DNA from: Clostridia bacterium
GTDB taxonomy: Bacteria; Bacillota; Clostridia; Christensenellales; CAG-138
NCBI GenBank assembly: GCA_035399665.1
Contig: DAOPJM010000003.1
Coordinates: 16,074 to 80,073 of the forward strand
Direction: 5' to 3'
Length of the DNA stretch: 64,000 nucleotides
Shown here: piece by piece, positions 16,609 to 26,027 of the stretch
Position numbering within the stretch: the stretch's first letter is position 1
How the letters are laid out: each line of letters begins with the position of its first letter
The notes under the pieces: generated by a model
The model's input: the letters and a program-made list of their open reading frames with translations, nothing else
Told to the model about the DNA's origin: nothing
The model's database searches: none
Position numbers and translations under genes: made by a program

Positions 16609-17953
16609 GTATTTTGGGACAGACGGCTTCAGGGGTGAAGCCAATGTGGGATTGACGGTTGATCACGCGTTCAAGATTGGGCGCTTCCTCGGTCATTATT
16701 ATGGCAGGGATCACAAATGCCAAATCGTTATCGGCAAGGATACCCGCCTTTCAAGCTATATGTATGAGTGCGCGCTGACCGCGGGACTTACGTCCTCGGG
16801 CGCGGACGTATATCTGCTGCACGTCACCACCACACCCAGCGTCTCATACGCCGCAAGGACGGGTGATTTTGACTGCGGCATAATGATTTCAGCAAGCCAT
16901 AACCCCTACTGCGACAACGGTATTAAGCTGATAAACGGCAACGGCGAAAAGATGGAAGATGAGGTTATCGATGCTGTCGAGGCCTATCTTGACGGCGTCT
17001 TCCCCGAAGTCCCATATGCTGTTCGCGATAATATCGGCAAGGCGATAGACTTTTCGGCGGGAAGAAACCGTTATATCGGGTATCTTATCTCGCTCGCCAC
17101 TCACTCTTACAAGGGCGTTAAGGTAGGTCTTGACTGCGCAAACGGCAGCACTTGGATGATTGCGAAGGCGGTCTTTGAGGCTTTAGGCGCGGAAACCTAC
17201 GTCATCAACAACACACCTACCGGGCTAAACATCAACCGTGACTGCGGCTCTACCCATATTCAGCATTTGCAGCAGTTTGTTATTGACAACAAATTGGATG
17301 TGGGCTTCGCGTTCGACGGCGATGCTGACCGTTGCCTTGCAGTCGATGAACACGGCAAGCTTGTCGATGGCGACCACATCCTCTACCTGTATGGCGTTTT
17401 CATGAAGGAGCGTGGTATGCTCGCGTCCAACACGGTCGTCACTACGGTAATGTCCAACTTCGGTCTTTACAAGGCGTTTGACAAGGCGGGCATCAGCTAT
17501 GAAAAGACCGCCGTAGGCGACAAGTACGTCTATGAGTGTATGCGCGATAAGGGCTACCTTATAGGCGGCGAACAGTCCGGTCACATTATCTTTACAAAAT
17601 ATGCCAACACGGGCGACGGCATACTAACCGCGATTAAGGTCATGCAGGCCATGCTTACGACGAAGCTTCCGCTTTCTAAGCTTGTCGAACCCATCACCGT
17701 ATACCCGCAGGTACTTAAAAATGTTGTTGTCACCGACAAAGACCTTACTATGCAGAATGAAAAGGTATTGGCGGCCGTGGCAAAGGTTGCCGCAGAGCTG
17801 GGTGACGAAGGGCGTATACTCCTCAGAAAGAGCGGCACCGAACCTGTTCTGCGCGTCATGGTTGAAGCGCCCAGTCATGAGCTGTGCGAAGAAAAGGTTG
17901 ACTATGTGATTGATGCTATGCGCCAAAACGGACTGCTTATAAGGGTGAAGTAA
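16601..17953 (+). CDS. glmM: phosphoglucosamine mutase
   Basis: YFGTDGFRG, the active-site motif SASHNP, and GFAFDGDADR are present. It overlaps nagB by 8 nt. Confidence 0.92.
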   Translation: MSKYFGTDGFRGEANVGLTVDHAFKIGRFLGHYYGRDHKCQIVIGKDTRLSSYMYECALTAGLTSSGADVYLLHVTTTPSVSYAARTGDFDCGIMISASHNPYCDNGIKLINGNGEKMEDEVIDAVEAYLDGVFPEVPYAVRDNIGKAIDFSAGRNRYIGYLISLATHSYKGVKVGLDCANGSTWMIAKAVFEALGAETYVINNTPTGLNINRDCGSTHIQHLQQFVIDNKLDVGFAFDGDADRCLAVDEHGKLVDGDHILYLYGVFMKERGMLASNTVVTTVMSNFGLYKAFDKAGISYEKTAVGDKYVYECMRDKGYLIGGEQSGHIIFTKYANTGDGILTAIKVMQAMLTTKLPLSKLVEPITVYPQVLKNVVVTDKDLTMQNEKVLAAVAKVAAELGDEGRILLRKSGTEPVLRVMVEAPSHELCEEKVDYVIDAMRQNGLLIRVK

Positions 17954-17954
17954 T

Positions 17955-18614
17955 ATGTACAAGACTACTGATTTATTGGATCTTACTAAGACAAGAGCCG
18001 CCGACTTCCTTCGCGGTTTTGAATACCCGTGGCAGGCCTTGGACGGTATCAAAGCGCTCATTCTTGAACTCGGCAAGGACTTGCCTGAGGATGAGTTTGA
18101 CCACCCGTTTGAGGACGTTTGGATAGCAAAGGACGCGAAGGTTTTCGCAACCGCTTATATTGCGGGTCCCTGTATCATCGATCACAACACCGAGGTCAGG
18201 CATTGCGCTTTCATACGCGGAAGCGCGCTTGTAGGCCGTAACTGCGTTGTCGGCAACTCCACGGAGCTGAAGAACGTCATACTCTTTGACAACGTTCAGG
18301 TTCCCCACTACAACTATGTGGGCGACTCTATCTTGGGCTATAAGGCTCACATGGGCGCGGGTTCCATCACCTCTAACGTCAAGAGCGACAAGACCCTTGT
18401 CGTTGTTAAATACGGGCAGGAGCGTATCCCAACACTTCGCAAGAAGTTCGGCGCCATACTCGGCGACAACGTTGAGGTTGGCTGCAACAGCGTACTCAAC
18501 CCCGGCACGGTGTTGGCTCGCAGAGCAAGCGTCTACCCCACCTCCTGTGTGCGCGGCGTCGTTGATGAGGATCACATCTACAAATCCCAAAACGATCAGA
18601 TAAAGCGTGGCTGA
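17955..18614 (+). CDS. hexapeptide-repeat (left-handed beta-helix) transferase, GlmU C-terminal-domain-like
   Basis: Imperfect hexapeptide repeats include IRGSALVGRNCVVGNSTELKNVILFDNVQV and GDNVEVGCNSVL. The gene starts 1 nt after the glmM stop. Confidence 0.65.
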   Translation: MYKTTDLLDLTKTRAADFLRGFEYPWQALDGIKALILELGKDLPEDEFDHPFEDVWIAKDAKVFATAYIAGPCIIDHNTEVRHCAFIRGSALVGRNCVVGNSTELKNVILFDNVQVPHYNYVGDSILGYKAHMGAGSITSNVKSDKTLVVVKYGQERIPTLRKKFGAILGDNVEVGCNSVLNPGTVLARRASVYPTSCVRGVVDEDHIYKSQNDQIKRG

Positions 18615-18651
18615 TTGTTGCTCGAAGGCAACAAAAGCAGCAAGCATAGAA

Positions 18652-18684
18652 AAAGAGCCGTCCCTAAATCGGGAGCGGCTCTTT
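18652..18684. terminator. bidirectional terminator
   Basis: AAAGAGCCGTCCC-TAAAT-CGGGAGCGGCTCTTT lies between convergent genes. Confidence 0.6.
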
Positions 18685-18698
18685 CCTTAGATGCCGTA

Positions 18699-19709
18699 TT
18701 ATCTTGAGCCCTTATCGTAAGGTATGCCCTCTGCCTTAGGCGCACGGGACTTCTTGGAGGTTAATATAAGAAGTACCATGGTAATGAGGTACGGGAGCAT
18801 AGGCCAGAAATAGGTGCTGACGCCCTCAAGCTTTACCGTCGGGATGAACGGCAGACTTGAAGCATAAGCTCCGATGACCTTGAAGAACGAGAAGAACAGC
18901 GCGGCTCCGAGTATCGACCAAGGCTTCCAGTTACCAAATATCATAACTGCCAAAGCCAAGAAGCCATAGCCTGCGACGGACGACTGGAAGCCCGAGCCTG
19001 CCGCAAGCGTGAACGCAAGACCACCAATACCGCCGAGTATGCCCGAAATGAACACGCCCGAATAGCGCATACGGTAAACATTGATGCCGACCGAGTCAGC
19101 TGCCTGCGGGTGCTCGCCGCAAGCGCGAAGTCTTAAGCCGAACTTGGTCTTATATAGTAGGATAACCGCGACGGCAAACAGTATCACCGTCAGAATTGTC
19201 GTCATGTACAGATTCGAGAACAGGAACTTTTGCAGGATGCTTGAGCTGTTAGGGGTGATGCCCAAGCTTGCGGCGGTAATTCTCGACCATGTGGGGATAA
19301 GTATTGTCGTCTGACCTTGACCTTGGATAACCCAAGTTAAGACAATCGCGAACGCGGGAGCCAACATATTCAGCGCCGTGCCGCCTATCGTCTGATCAGC
19401 CTTGAGGTTGATGGACGCAAATGCCAGCAGCATGGAGAACGCCGCGCCTGTCACGGCCGCGAACAGTATTGCAACAAGCATCGCAATGAACGAATTCAGC
19501 GTTCCTGCCGTGACGGCCGGATCCAGCCACCTCAGCATCAGGCAGCCAAAGAGAGCGCCCACAATCATAATGCCCTCAAGAGCTATGTTGATGACGCCGC
19601 TGCGTTCAGAGAACATACCACCCATTGCGACAAGCAGCAGAGGAACAGCGAACAAAATAGTTGCGCTTAAGACATCGGCCAAGGCCATACCCATTTCAAA
19701 ACCTGACAT
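18699..19709 (-). CDS. ABC permease, BMP/nucleoside importer family (NupQ/RnsD-like)
   Basis: The polytopic protein contains GGMFSERSGVINIALEGIM, and its neighbours are the matching importer genes. Confidence 0.85.
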   Translation of the reverse strand: MSGFEMGMALADVLSATILFAVPLLLVAMGGMFSERSGVINIALEGIMIVGALFGCLMLRWLDPAVTAGTLNSFIAMLVAILFAAVTGAAFSMLLAFASINLKADQTIGGTALNMLAPAFAIVLTWVIQGQGQTTILIPTWSRITAASLGITPNSSSILQKFLFSNLYMTTILTVILFAVAVILLYKTKFGLRLRACGEHPQAADSVGINVYRMRYSGVFISGILGGIGGLAFTLAAGSGFQSSVAGYGFLALAVMIFGNWKPWSILGAALFFSFFKVIGAYASSLPFIPTVKLEGVSTYFWPMLPYLITMVLLILTSKKSRAPKAEGIPYDKGSR

Positions 19710-20887
19710 TATGCCTTCACCTCACTTTCATTGACCGCCGCATCCGGAGCAATTGTAATCTCCTTCTTTTCCGTGTCTGTTGGTACGACAGGCGGAATGG
19801 GATCGTCATTCACATTACCGGAATGGCGATCGAACTTGAACCACTTGGTGAGCAGATTCCTTGTGAACAGGGAGAATGCGCTCAGATAGATGATAACCGC
19901 GATGATTATATCTATCATCTCTTTTGCGTAGGTTGGCTGAAGCGCTTCTCCGCCGACCTGTATGTATGAGATAAACAACGAGGAGAATATAATGCCTATC
20001 GGGTTGCTTGATCCCAACAACGCAACGGCGATGCCGTTGAAGCCCATGCCAAGCAAGGCTTTCTGTATGTTGTAATCTGCGGTACCCGCCAGATAGTACA
20101 GCCCTCCGCCGATGCCCGCAAGCGCTCCGGCGATAACCATGGAAAGTACTATGTTGCTCTTGGCGTTGATACCCGCATATATGCTGGCAAAGCGGTTGTA
20201 GCCACAGGCTCTAAGCTCATAGCCCTTTGTTGTCTTGTTTATCAGTACCCACATCAATATGGCGATAAGTATCGCTATTATAATGCTGATATTTATGTAC
20301 GGCGAATCGAACACCTTATCAAGACCAAGCTTAGGAATTATCGCACCCGGATTCGCATATGAAAGAGCCGCCGTGCGATCCTTGATGGGGCTGGATACCC
20401 AGAAAGGAGGAAGCATCTTGGGGATATTCATACACAAAAGGTTGACCGCGAACAGTCCTATCCAGTTCAGCATTATGGAGGTTATGACCTCGTTCACATT
20501 GAACAGAGCCTTGAACAGTCCCGGGAAGAAGCCCCAAATCGCACCCATAATCATGGCGAGGATAAGGCAGATATACCAAGGAAGCTGCAGCACAATCGCG
20601 CCGAAAAGAGCGGCGAACGCGCCGACGGTGTACTGACCGGAGGCTCCGATATTGAACAAGCCGGTCTTGAATGCGAAACCTACCGAAAGGCCGCACATCA
20701 GCAGCGGCGCAGCCTGATAGAAAACCTTCGCAAGCTTGGGCAAGGTAGAAACGCCCGAACTCAACAGCTTGCCGAACGAAGTGAAGGCTTCACCGGAATT
20801 CACCGCTATCAAAAGAATAAGTCCAAACAGAGTACCAATCAGAATTGATACTATGGATGACAACGCGCTGACTAATCCCTTTTTCAT
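19709..20887 (-). CDS. ABC permease, BMP/nucleoside importer family (NupP/RnsC-like)
   Basis: The protein is polytopic, contains FNIGASGQY, and has translationally coupled overlaps with its neighbours. Confidence 0.85.
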   Translation of the reverse strand: MKKGLVSALSSIVSILIGTLFGLILLIAVNSGEAFTSFGKLLSSGVSTLPKLAKVFYQAAPLLMCGLSVGFAFKTGLFNIGASGQYTVGAFAALFGAIVLQLPWYICLILAMIMGAIWGFFPGLFKALFNVNEVITSIMLNWIGLFAVNLLCMNIPKMLPPFWVSSPIKDRTAALSYANPGAIIPKLGLDKVFDSPYINISIIIAILIAILMWVLINKTTKGYELRACGYNRFASIYAGINAKSNIVLSMVIAGALAGIGGGLYYLAGTADYNIQKALLGMGFNGIAVALLGSSNPIGIIFSSLFISYIQVGGEALQPTYAKEMIDIIIAVIIYLSAFSLFTRNLLTKWFKFDRHSGNVNDDPIPPVVPTDTEKKEITIAPDAAVNESEVKA

Positions 20888-22440
20888 GCCTTGTTCACCT
20901 CACTTTCCTCAGCTTTCATATTTTGTCTCTTTGCACCCGCCATGTAGAGACCAAGCTCTTGTACAGTGGTGACCTTGGGGTCGAACACGCCGACTATTTC
21001 GCCTTCATACATGACCAATATGCGGTCGGATACGTTCATGACCTCGTCAAGCTCGAGGGAGACGAGCAATACCGCTTTACCCTCGTCGCGCTGTGCGACA
21101 AGCTGCTTGTGAATATACTCGATAGCGCCGACATCCAAGCCTCTGGTGGGCTGCACGGCCACGAGCAGCTCGGGATCTCTGTCGATCTCGCGGGCAACGA
21201 TGGCTTTCTGCTGGTTGCCGCCCGACATGCTTCTGCATGCGGTTACCGCTCCCTGACCGCTTCTGATATCGTACTGTTCAATGAGTTTGTCGGCGTAGTC
21301 CCTTACGGCCTTGAAGTTGATAAATCCCGCCTTCTCGAACTTCGGCTGCCAATAACGCTGCAAAACCAAGTTCTCCTCTAAAGAAAAGTCGAGAATCAAG
21401 CCATGCTTATGCCTATCCTCGGGGATATGGCTCATGCCAAGCTTGCTGCGCTCCCTTATGCGGGCTTTGCTGATGTCATGTCCCATGAGGGTAATGCTGC
21501 CTGCCGCGATTTTATCAAGGCCTGTCAACGCGTGTACGAACTGGGTTTGTCCGTTGCCTTCAATGCCCGCAAGGCAGACTATCTCGCCGCGCTTTACGCT
21601 GAAAGAAACATCCTTGACCGCATAGCCCTTATGAAGCTTTGACGGAACAAAGACGTTCGAAACATGAAGGACTTCTTCTCCCAAGTTCTCAGGGCCCTTC
21701 TCAACCTGAAGGCTGACCTTGCGGCCGACCATCATAGTGGAAAGATCCTCAACCGTCGTATCCGCTATGTTGACGGTACCCATGTACTTGCCCTTGCGCA
21801 GGACAGTGCATCTATCCGCAACGGCCATGATTTCGTTAAGCTTATGAGTAATGAAAAGGATCGACTTGCCTTCCTTCGTGAAATTGCGCATTATCTGCAT
21901 CAGTTCATCTATCTCCTGCGGAGTCAGAACTGCGGTAGGCTCGTCAAAAATAAGAATCTCATTGTCCCTAAACAGCATCTTGAGTATCTCAACCCTCTGC
22001 TGCATACCGACTGAAATATCCTCGATCTTCGCGTCGGGGTCAACTGCCAAGCCGTATTTTTCACTCAGCTCGACAACCTTCTTGCGCGCTTGATCCATGG
22101 TCAAAAATCCCATCTTGTTCGGCTCTACGCCAAGGATGATGTTTTCCAATACGGTAAATATCTCAACCAGTTTGAAATGCTGATGCACCATACCTATGTG
22201 CAGGGCATTAGCGTCGTTTGGGTCGTTGATCTTGACCACGACCCCGTCCTTCTTGATTACGCCCTGTTCCGGCTGGTATAAACCGAACAACACGCTCATC
22301 AAAGTTGATTTCCCGGCTCCGTTCTCCCCAAGCAGCGCATGAACTTCCCCATGCTTCAGCTGCAGAGTAATATCGTCATTTGCTTTGATGCCAGGGAACT
22401 CTTTAGTGATGTTCAACATCTCTATGACGTACTCGCTCAT
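20884..22440 (-). CDS. ABC ATP-binding protein with duplicated ATPase domains (nucleoside/sugar type)
   Basis: 518 aa. Walker A is GENGAGKST. A second degenerate NBD carries SGGNQQK. Confidence 0.9.
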   Translation of the reverse strand: MSEYVIEMLNITKEFPGIKANDDITLQLKHGEVHALLGENGAGKSTLMSVLFGLYQPEQGVIKKDGVVVKINDPNDANALHIGMVHQHFKLVEIFTVLENIILGVEPNKMGFLTMDQARKKVVELSEKYGLAVDPDAKIEDISVGMQQRVEILKMLFRDNEILIFDEPTAVLTPQEIDELMQIMRNFTKEGKSILFITHKLNEIMAVADRCTVLRKGKYMGTVNIADTTVEDLSTMMVGRKVSLQVEKGPENLGEEVLHVSNVFVPSKLHKGYAVKDVSFSVKRGEIVCLAGIEGNGQTQFVHALTGLDKIAAGSITLMGHDISKARIRERSKLGMSHIPEDRHKHGLILDFSLEENLVLQRYWQPKFEKAGFINFKAVRDYADKLIEQYDIRSGQGAVTACRSMSGGNQQKAIVAREIDRDPELLVAVQPTRGLDVGAIEYIHKQLVAQRDEGKAVLLVSLELDEVMNVSDRILVMYEGEIVGVFDPKVTTVQELGLYMAGAKRQNMKAEESEVNKA

Positions 22441-22468
22441 ATATCTTCCCCTTTGGTCGTAGTTTTAC

Positions 22469-22500
22469 AAAAGAGGCCAGGCTCTTCGCCCAGCCTCTTT
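22469..22500 (-). terminator. attenuating hairpin between the SBP and ATPase genes
   Basis: AAAGAGGC...GCCTCTTT stem plus an inner GGC/GCC, followed by TTTTGTAAAA on the minus strand. Confidence 0.55.
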
Positions 22501-22532
22501 CTTTGCTGTGTCTTTGTCAGATTGACCTTTTT

Positions 22533-23735
22533 TTATGCGTCGTAGTTGACGGTAATGGTCACTGTGGGAGCTACATCGGTAGCGTTGGAAACGGCGATCT
22601 CACCATTCTTTACCTTGTTGAAGAGCTCTTCATACTGGGCAACGGTGAAGTTTACGAGTTTCCAGGAAGCTTCTGCGGTGGGCAGACCAACGCAATCATC
22701 GGCTGCGCCGAGGACAGCGGTCGTGCCGGCATACTCTGCATTCCAGGTGCCGCCATTGTCAAACAACGAGGTCAGCGCAAGAACCACGGAGTGGGACAGA
22801 GCCTTCATCGCGGAGGTGATGATTCTGTCGGACTCAGCGGACTGGTCAACGTCAACGCCGATAACCTTGCCGTTGTCGGTGCCGTCAGCTGCGCCTACCG
22901 CGGACAGGTAGATACCGCCGCCGCAGGAGAAGATAACTTCGACGCCGTCGGTGTACCAACCGGACATCTTGGTCTTGATATCATCGGTGGGAGCGAAACC
23001 GCCGCAGTACCAGTAGTTGATGGTAACCTGGTCTGCAATGCCCATTTCCTCTGCTGCCATGTTGGCGCCCTGTACGAAGCCGTAGCCATAACGTACAACA
23101 GCGGGAACTGCCATGCCGCCCAGGAATCCGAGCTTGGTGTAGCCTTCCTTAACGGCGGCATAACCTGCGAAGAAACCGGCCTGCTCTTCCTGATACAGGA
23201 TGCAGTGGGTGTTGGACAGGGTCTCGTAGGTGGCGTAGTCAGCGGTGTGCGGCTCGCCATCAAGGAGCAGGAACATGGTCTCGGGGTAGGTGTTCTGGCA
23301 CTCGAAAATAGCATCCTCAAAGAGGTAGCCCGGGCAAACGATGACGGTTGCGCCGTCAGCAATTGCGGTACCAATGGTCTCTACACGAGCTGCGGTGGAG
23401 TCCTCGGAAGGACGGAAGTAGTTGTACTTGACGCCATTCGCTTCGGCAAACTCCACTACGCCTTCCCATGCGCCCTGGTTGAAGGACTTATCATCGATGT
23501 TACCAACGTCGGTAACAAGCGCGATGTAAGCTTCGGTGGTCGGCTCGACAACCGGCTCGTCGGTTACTTCCGCAACCGGCTCTTCGGTTACTTCAGCAAC
23601 GGGCTCTTCGGTGACTTCTGCAACGGGCTCATCGGTAACGACAGGCTCGTCGACTGCGGGATTTTCTTCGGGCGTACATGCCACGAATGCGACTGCCAAT
23701 GCTGCTACGAGCAGAATGGCGATCCATTTCTTCAT
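22533..23735 (-). CDS. BMP-family (PnrA/Med-like) ABC substrate-binding lipoprotein
   Basis: Start at M30 behind AGGAGG. The lipobox reads AVAFVAC. The BMP core includes VTDVGNIDDKSFNQGAWEG and GVDVDQS. Confidence 0.85.
   Translation of the reverse strand: MKKWIAILLVAALAVAFVACTPEENPAVDEPVVTDEPVAEVTEEPVAEVTEEPVAEVTDEPVVEPTTEAYIALVTDVGNIDDKSFNQGAWEGVVEFAEANGVKYNYFRPSEDSTAARVETIGTAIADGATVIVCPGYLFEDAIFECQNTYPETMFLLLDGEPHTADYATYETLSNTHCILYQEEQAGFFAGYAAVKEGYTKLGFLGGMAVPAVVRYGYGFVQGANMAAEEMGIADQVTINYWYCGGFAPTDDIKTKMSGWYTDGVEVIFSCGGGIYLSAVGAADGTDNGKVIGVDVDQSAESDRIITSAMKALSHSVVLALTSLFDNGGTWNAEYAGTTAVLGAADDCVGLPTAEASWKLVNFTVAQYEELFNKVKNGEIAVSNATDVAPTVTITVNYDA
23547..23651 (-). repeat. in-frame 24-nt tandem repeat in the lipoprotein linker
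   Basis: It encodes DEPVVT-DEPVAEVT-EEPVAEVT-EEPVAEVT-DEPVV directly after the lipobox. Confidence 0.85.
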
Positions 23736-23989
23736 AAAGATAACCTCCTGAATTTCCTGCTTTTTCGCAGGATGATATTTTGCACGCGTTCGTACGACTA
23801 TATTATAGCAGATGAGTTTCATTATTGAAAGTCTTTTTTCAAAATTTTTTGATGATTTTATTAACGATGCGTCAAAAATGCGGACAGCAAATGTCTATTT
23901 GGTCAAAAAAGGAATAATTTGCCTTTGTTTTGCAAAAAGTTTCTGTTGCTTTTACAATTCGTGTGCTATAATTTCTAAAGAGGTGAAAT

Positions 23990-24820
23990 GTGTTTGGGTA
24001 TGTGCGTCCGCTTGAATGTGAGTTGAAGGTCAAGGAGTCGAACCTGTATCGTGCGACTTACTGCGGCCTTTGCCGCTCCATGCGCAAGCGTCATGGATAC
24101 ATCACAACATGGTTCCTGCAATATGACTGCACGTTTCTGTCACTGCTCTACTCATCTCTGTGCCAAGCCAAAACGGAGTGCAAGCCCTGTCATTGTCTGC
24201 ATCGAGCTTTCGAACGCAAAAAGAGCTATGCCGTTGATAGTCGTGAGACTCGCTTTTGTGCCGACGTCAATGTTCTGCTTGCCTATCACAAGTGCCTTGA
24301 CGATTGGCACGACGATCACAGCATTGTAAAAGGCTGTGCCGCGCTCTTACTGCGGCCCAAGATAAAGAACGTTTCGGGCAAGCTGAAGCTTGCCGTAAGC
24401 TCGGGACTTGATTCGCTTTCGGGGCTTGAAAAGCAGGGATGTCCTGATTGCGACAGGGTTGCGGACGCCTTTGCCTCCGCGCTTCGGGGGGCGGCTCTCT
24501 CGGCCGACTTCATCCCTTTAGAGGACTGCGCCGCTTTGGGATGGCTGTTCTATAATTTGGGTCGGTGGATATATCTCATCGACGCATGGGCAGACCGCGA
24601 GGCGGACGGCAAAAAGGGTTCCTACAATCCCTTCAACCTCAAAGAGTATCCCAAGGAGCAGGTGGAGTTCATGCTGTATAAGTCGCTCGATGAGTCCGTG
24701 AAGGCTTTGGATCTGCTCTGTCCGATAAGAAATGAGGATCTGATTCGCAATATACTCGTCTTGGGCTGCGGCCGCAAGACCGCAACCATACTCGGAGGAA
24801 AACAGGATGAATCCCTATAA
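23990..24820 (+). CDS. DUF5685-like Cys-rich protein
   Basis: GTG start behind an [41 protein letters not shown] plus a CKPCHC cluster matches my recollection of the DUF5685 N-terminus. Confidence 0.65.
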   Translation: MFGYVRPLECELKVKESNLYRATYCGLCRSMRKRHGYITTWFLQYDCTFLSLLYSSLCQAKTECKPCHCLHRAFERKKSYAVDSRETRFCADVNVLLAYHKCLDDWHDDHSIVKGCAALLLRPKIKNVSGKLKLAVSSGLDSLSGLEKQGCPDCDRVADAFASALRGAALSADFIPLEDCAALGWLFYNLGRWIYLIDAWADREADGKKGSYNPFNLKEYPKEQVEFMLYKSLDESVKALDLLCPIRNEDLIRNILVLGCGRKTATILGGKQDESL

Positions 24821-25433
24821 GGTACTCGGCGTCAGTGAAAATGCTTCGCAGGAAGAAATCCGCAAAGCCTATCTTGATTTGGTAAAGAAATACCATCCGG
24901 ATAAGTACACCGACAACCCGCTAAAGGAGCTTGCGAACGAGAAGCTCAAGGAAATCAATCAGGCCTACGACATATTGTCAAGAAAGCCCAACGGAAGCGG
25001 TTCGCAGAACAGCTCAAATTCCGGATACGGTTCGTCAGGCTACGGCTACTCGGACAGCTATCGCAAAAGCTCCTATTCCGGCACTTATGCCGAGGAGTTC
25101 AACAGAGCCAGGATGTATATCAATCAAAACAACCTCAACGCGGCGCAAAGCGTCCTTGACGGTATTCCTTTGCGCAATGGTGAATGGAATTACCTTTACG
25201 GCATAATCTACCTAAGACGCGGTTGGTATGATAAGGCAAGGGAGCATATGCAGAACGCCTGTGAGCAGGAGCCTGATAATGCAGAATATCGCAACGCCTA
25301 TCAGACCTTGCTTCGCAACAACAATCCCTTCTCTTCCACAGGCGGTCAGACCGGAGGCGACGACTGCGACATGTGCAATGTCTGTTCGACCCTGATGTGT
25401 CTTAACTGTCTATGCAACTCCTGCGGGAGATGA
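24807..25433 (+). CDS. J-domain protein with a TPR-like region and a Cys-string tail
   Basis: The J domain reads NPYKVLGV...[17 protein letters not shown] (HPD motif). The C-terminus reads [24 protein letters not shown]. It overlaps the upstream gene by 14 nt. Confidence 0.85.
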   Translation: MNPYKVLGVSENASQEEIRKAYLDLVKKYHPDKYTDNPLKELANEKLKEINQAYDILSRKPNGSGSQNSSNSGYGSSGYGYSDSYRKSSYSGTYAEEFNRARMYINQNNLNAAQSVLDGIPLRNGEWNYLYGIIYLRRGWYDKAREHMQNACEQEPDNAEYRNAYQTLLRNNNPFSSTGGQTGGDDCDMCNVCSTLMCLNCLCNSCGR

Positions 25434-25464
25434 CAACCAACCGTTTTGTAATGGGAGCTGAAAT

Positions 25465-25998
25465 TTGAAGAAACCGACGACTACACGAAAGCTTGCAATA
25501 TGCGCCATGGTAACCGCGCTGTCGGTACTGTTTTTGTATGCCTCGGAAGCGGTCTCGTATGCGCGTCTGATCTGCCTGTTTCTTGTTGCTTTTACCATGC
25601 ACATTCCGGCAAGGGAAGGTCAGTACGGTTACTGTTGGATTTCCTTCTTTGCAACCGCGATAATTTCCTTTTTTATTCTTCCTTCAAGGATATCATGGTT
25701 CTTCTATGTCGCCGTAGTCGGACACTACGCCATCATTCACAGGCTTATCTACAACGGCGTGAACGTCGGTTGGCTCAAAAGTCTGCTCATGCTGCTCTAC
25801 TGCAATATAGGTTCGGCTGTATTGATATATCTTTTATACCTCTTTTTCGAAATCGATCCATATTCCCTGCTTCCCGATTATCCGCTTGCTATCTGTATAA
25901 TCGTGCTTGAGCTGTGCTTTCTGTTCCTCGATCTCGCTTTCAATATCTGCTCTAAGCTTTACGAGAAGCGTTTGCGTCCCTTCCTCATGCATACATAA
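25465..25998 (+). CDS. polytopic membrane protein (hypothetical)
   Basis: TTG start 7 nt after a GGGAG RBS. About five hydrophobic helices are present. Confidence 0.6.
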   Translation: MKKPTTTRKLAICAMVTALSVLFLYASEAVSYARLICLFLVAFTMHIPAREGQYGYCWISFFATAIISFFILPSRISWFFYVAVVGHYAIIHRLIYNGVNVGWLKSLLMLLYCNIGSAVLIYLLYLFFEIDPYSLLPDYPLAICIIVLELCFLFLDLAFNICSKLYEKRLRPFLMHT

Positions 25999-26027
25999 TT
26001 GGCGGTGGTTTTGGCACAATAATCCTT

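Noticed and set aside
22503-23828. A 441-aa ORF on the plus strand. Similar long antisense ORFs occur at 47104-48054, 55848-56762, 55226-55969, 17973-18647, 28443-28997, 4679-5533 and 58929-59636.
   Set aside because: Each lies entirely inside, and antisense to, a gene with clear family motifs. They have Gly/Val/Arg-rich low-complexity compositions typical of shadow frames in GC-rich codon usage, and I found no RBS or motif.
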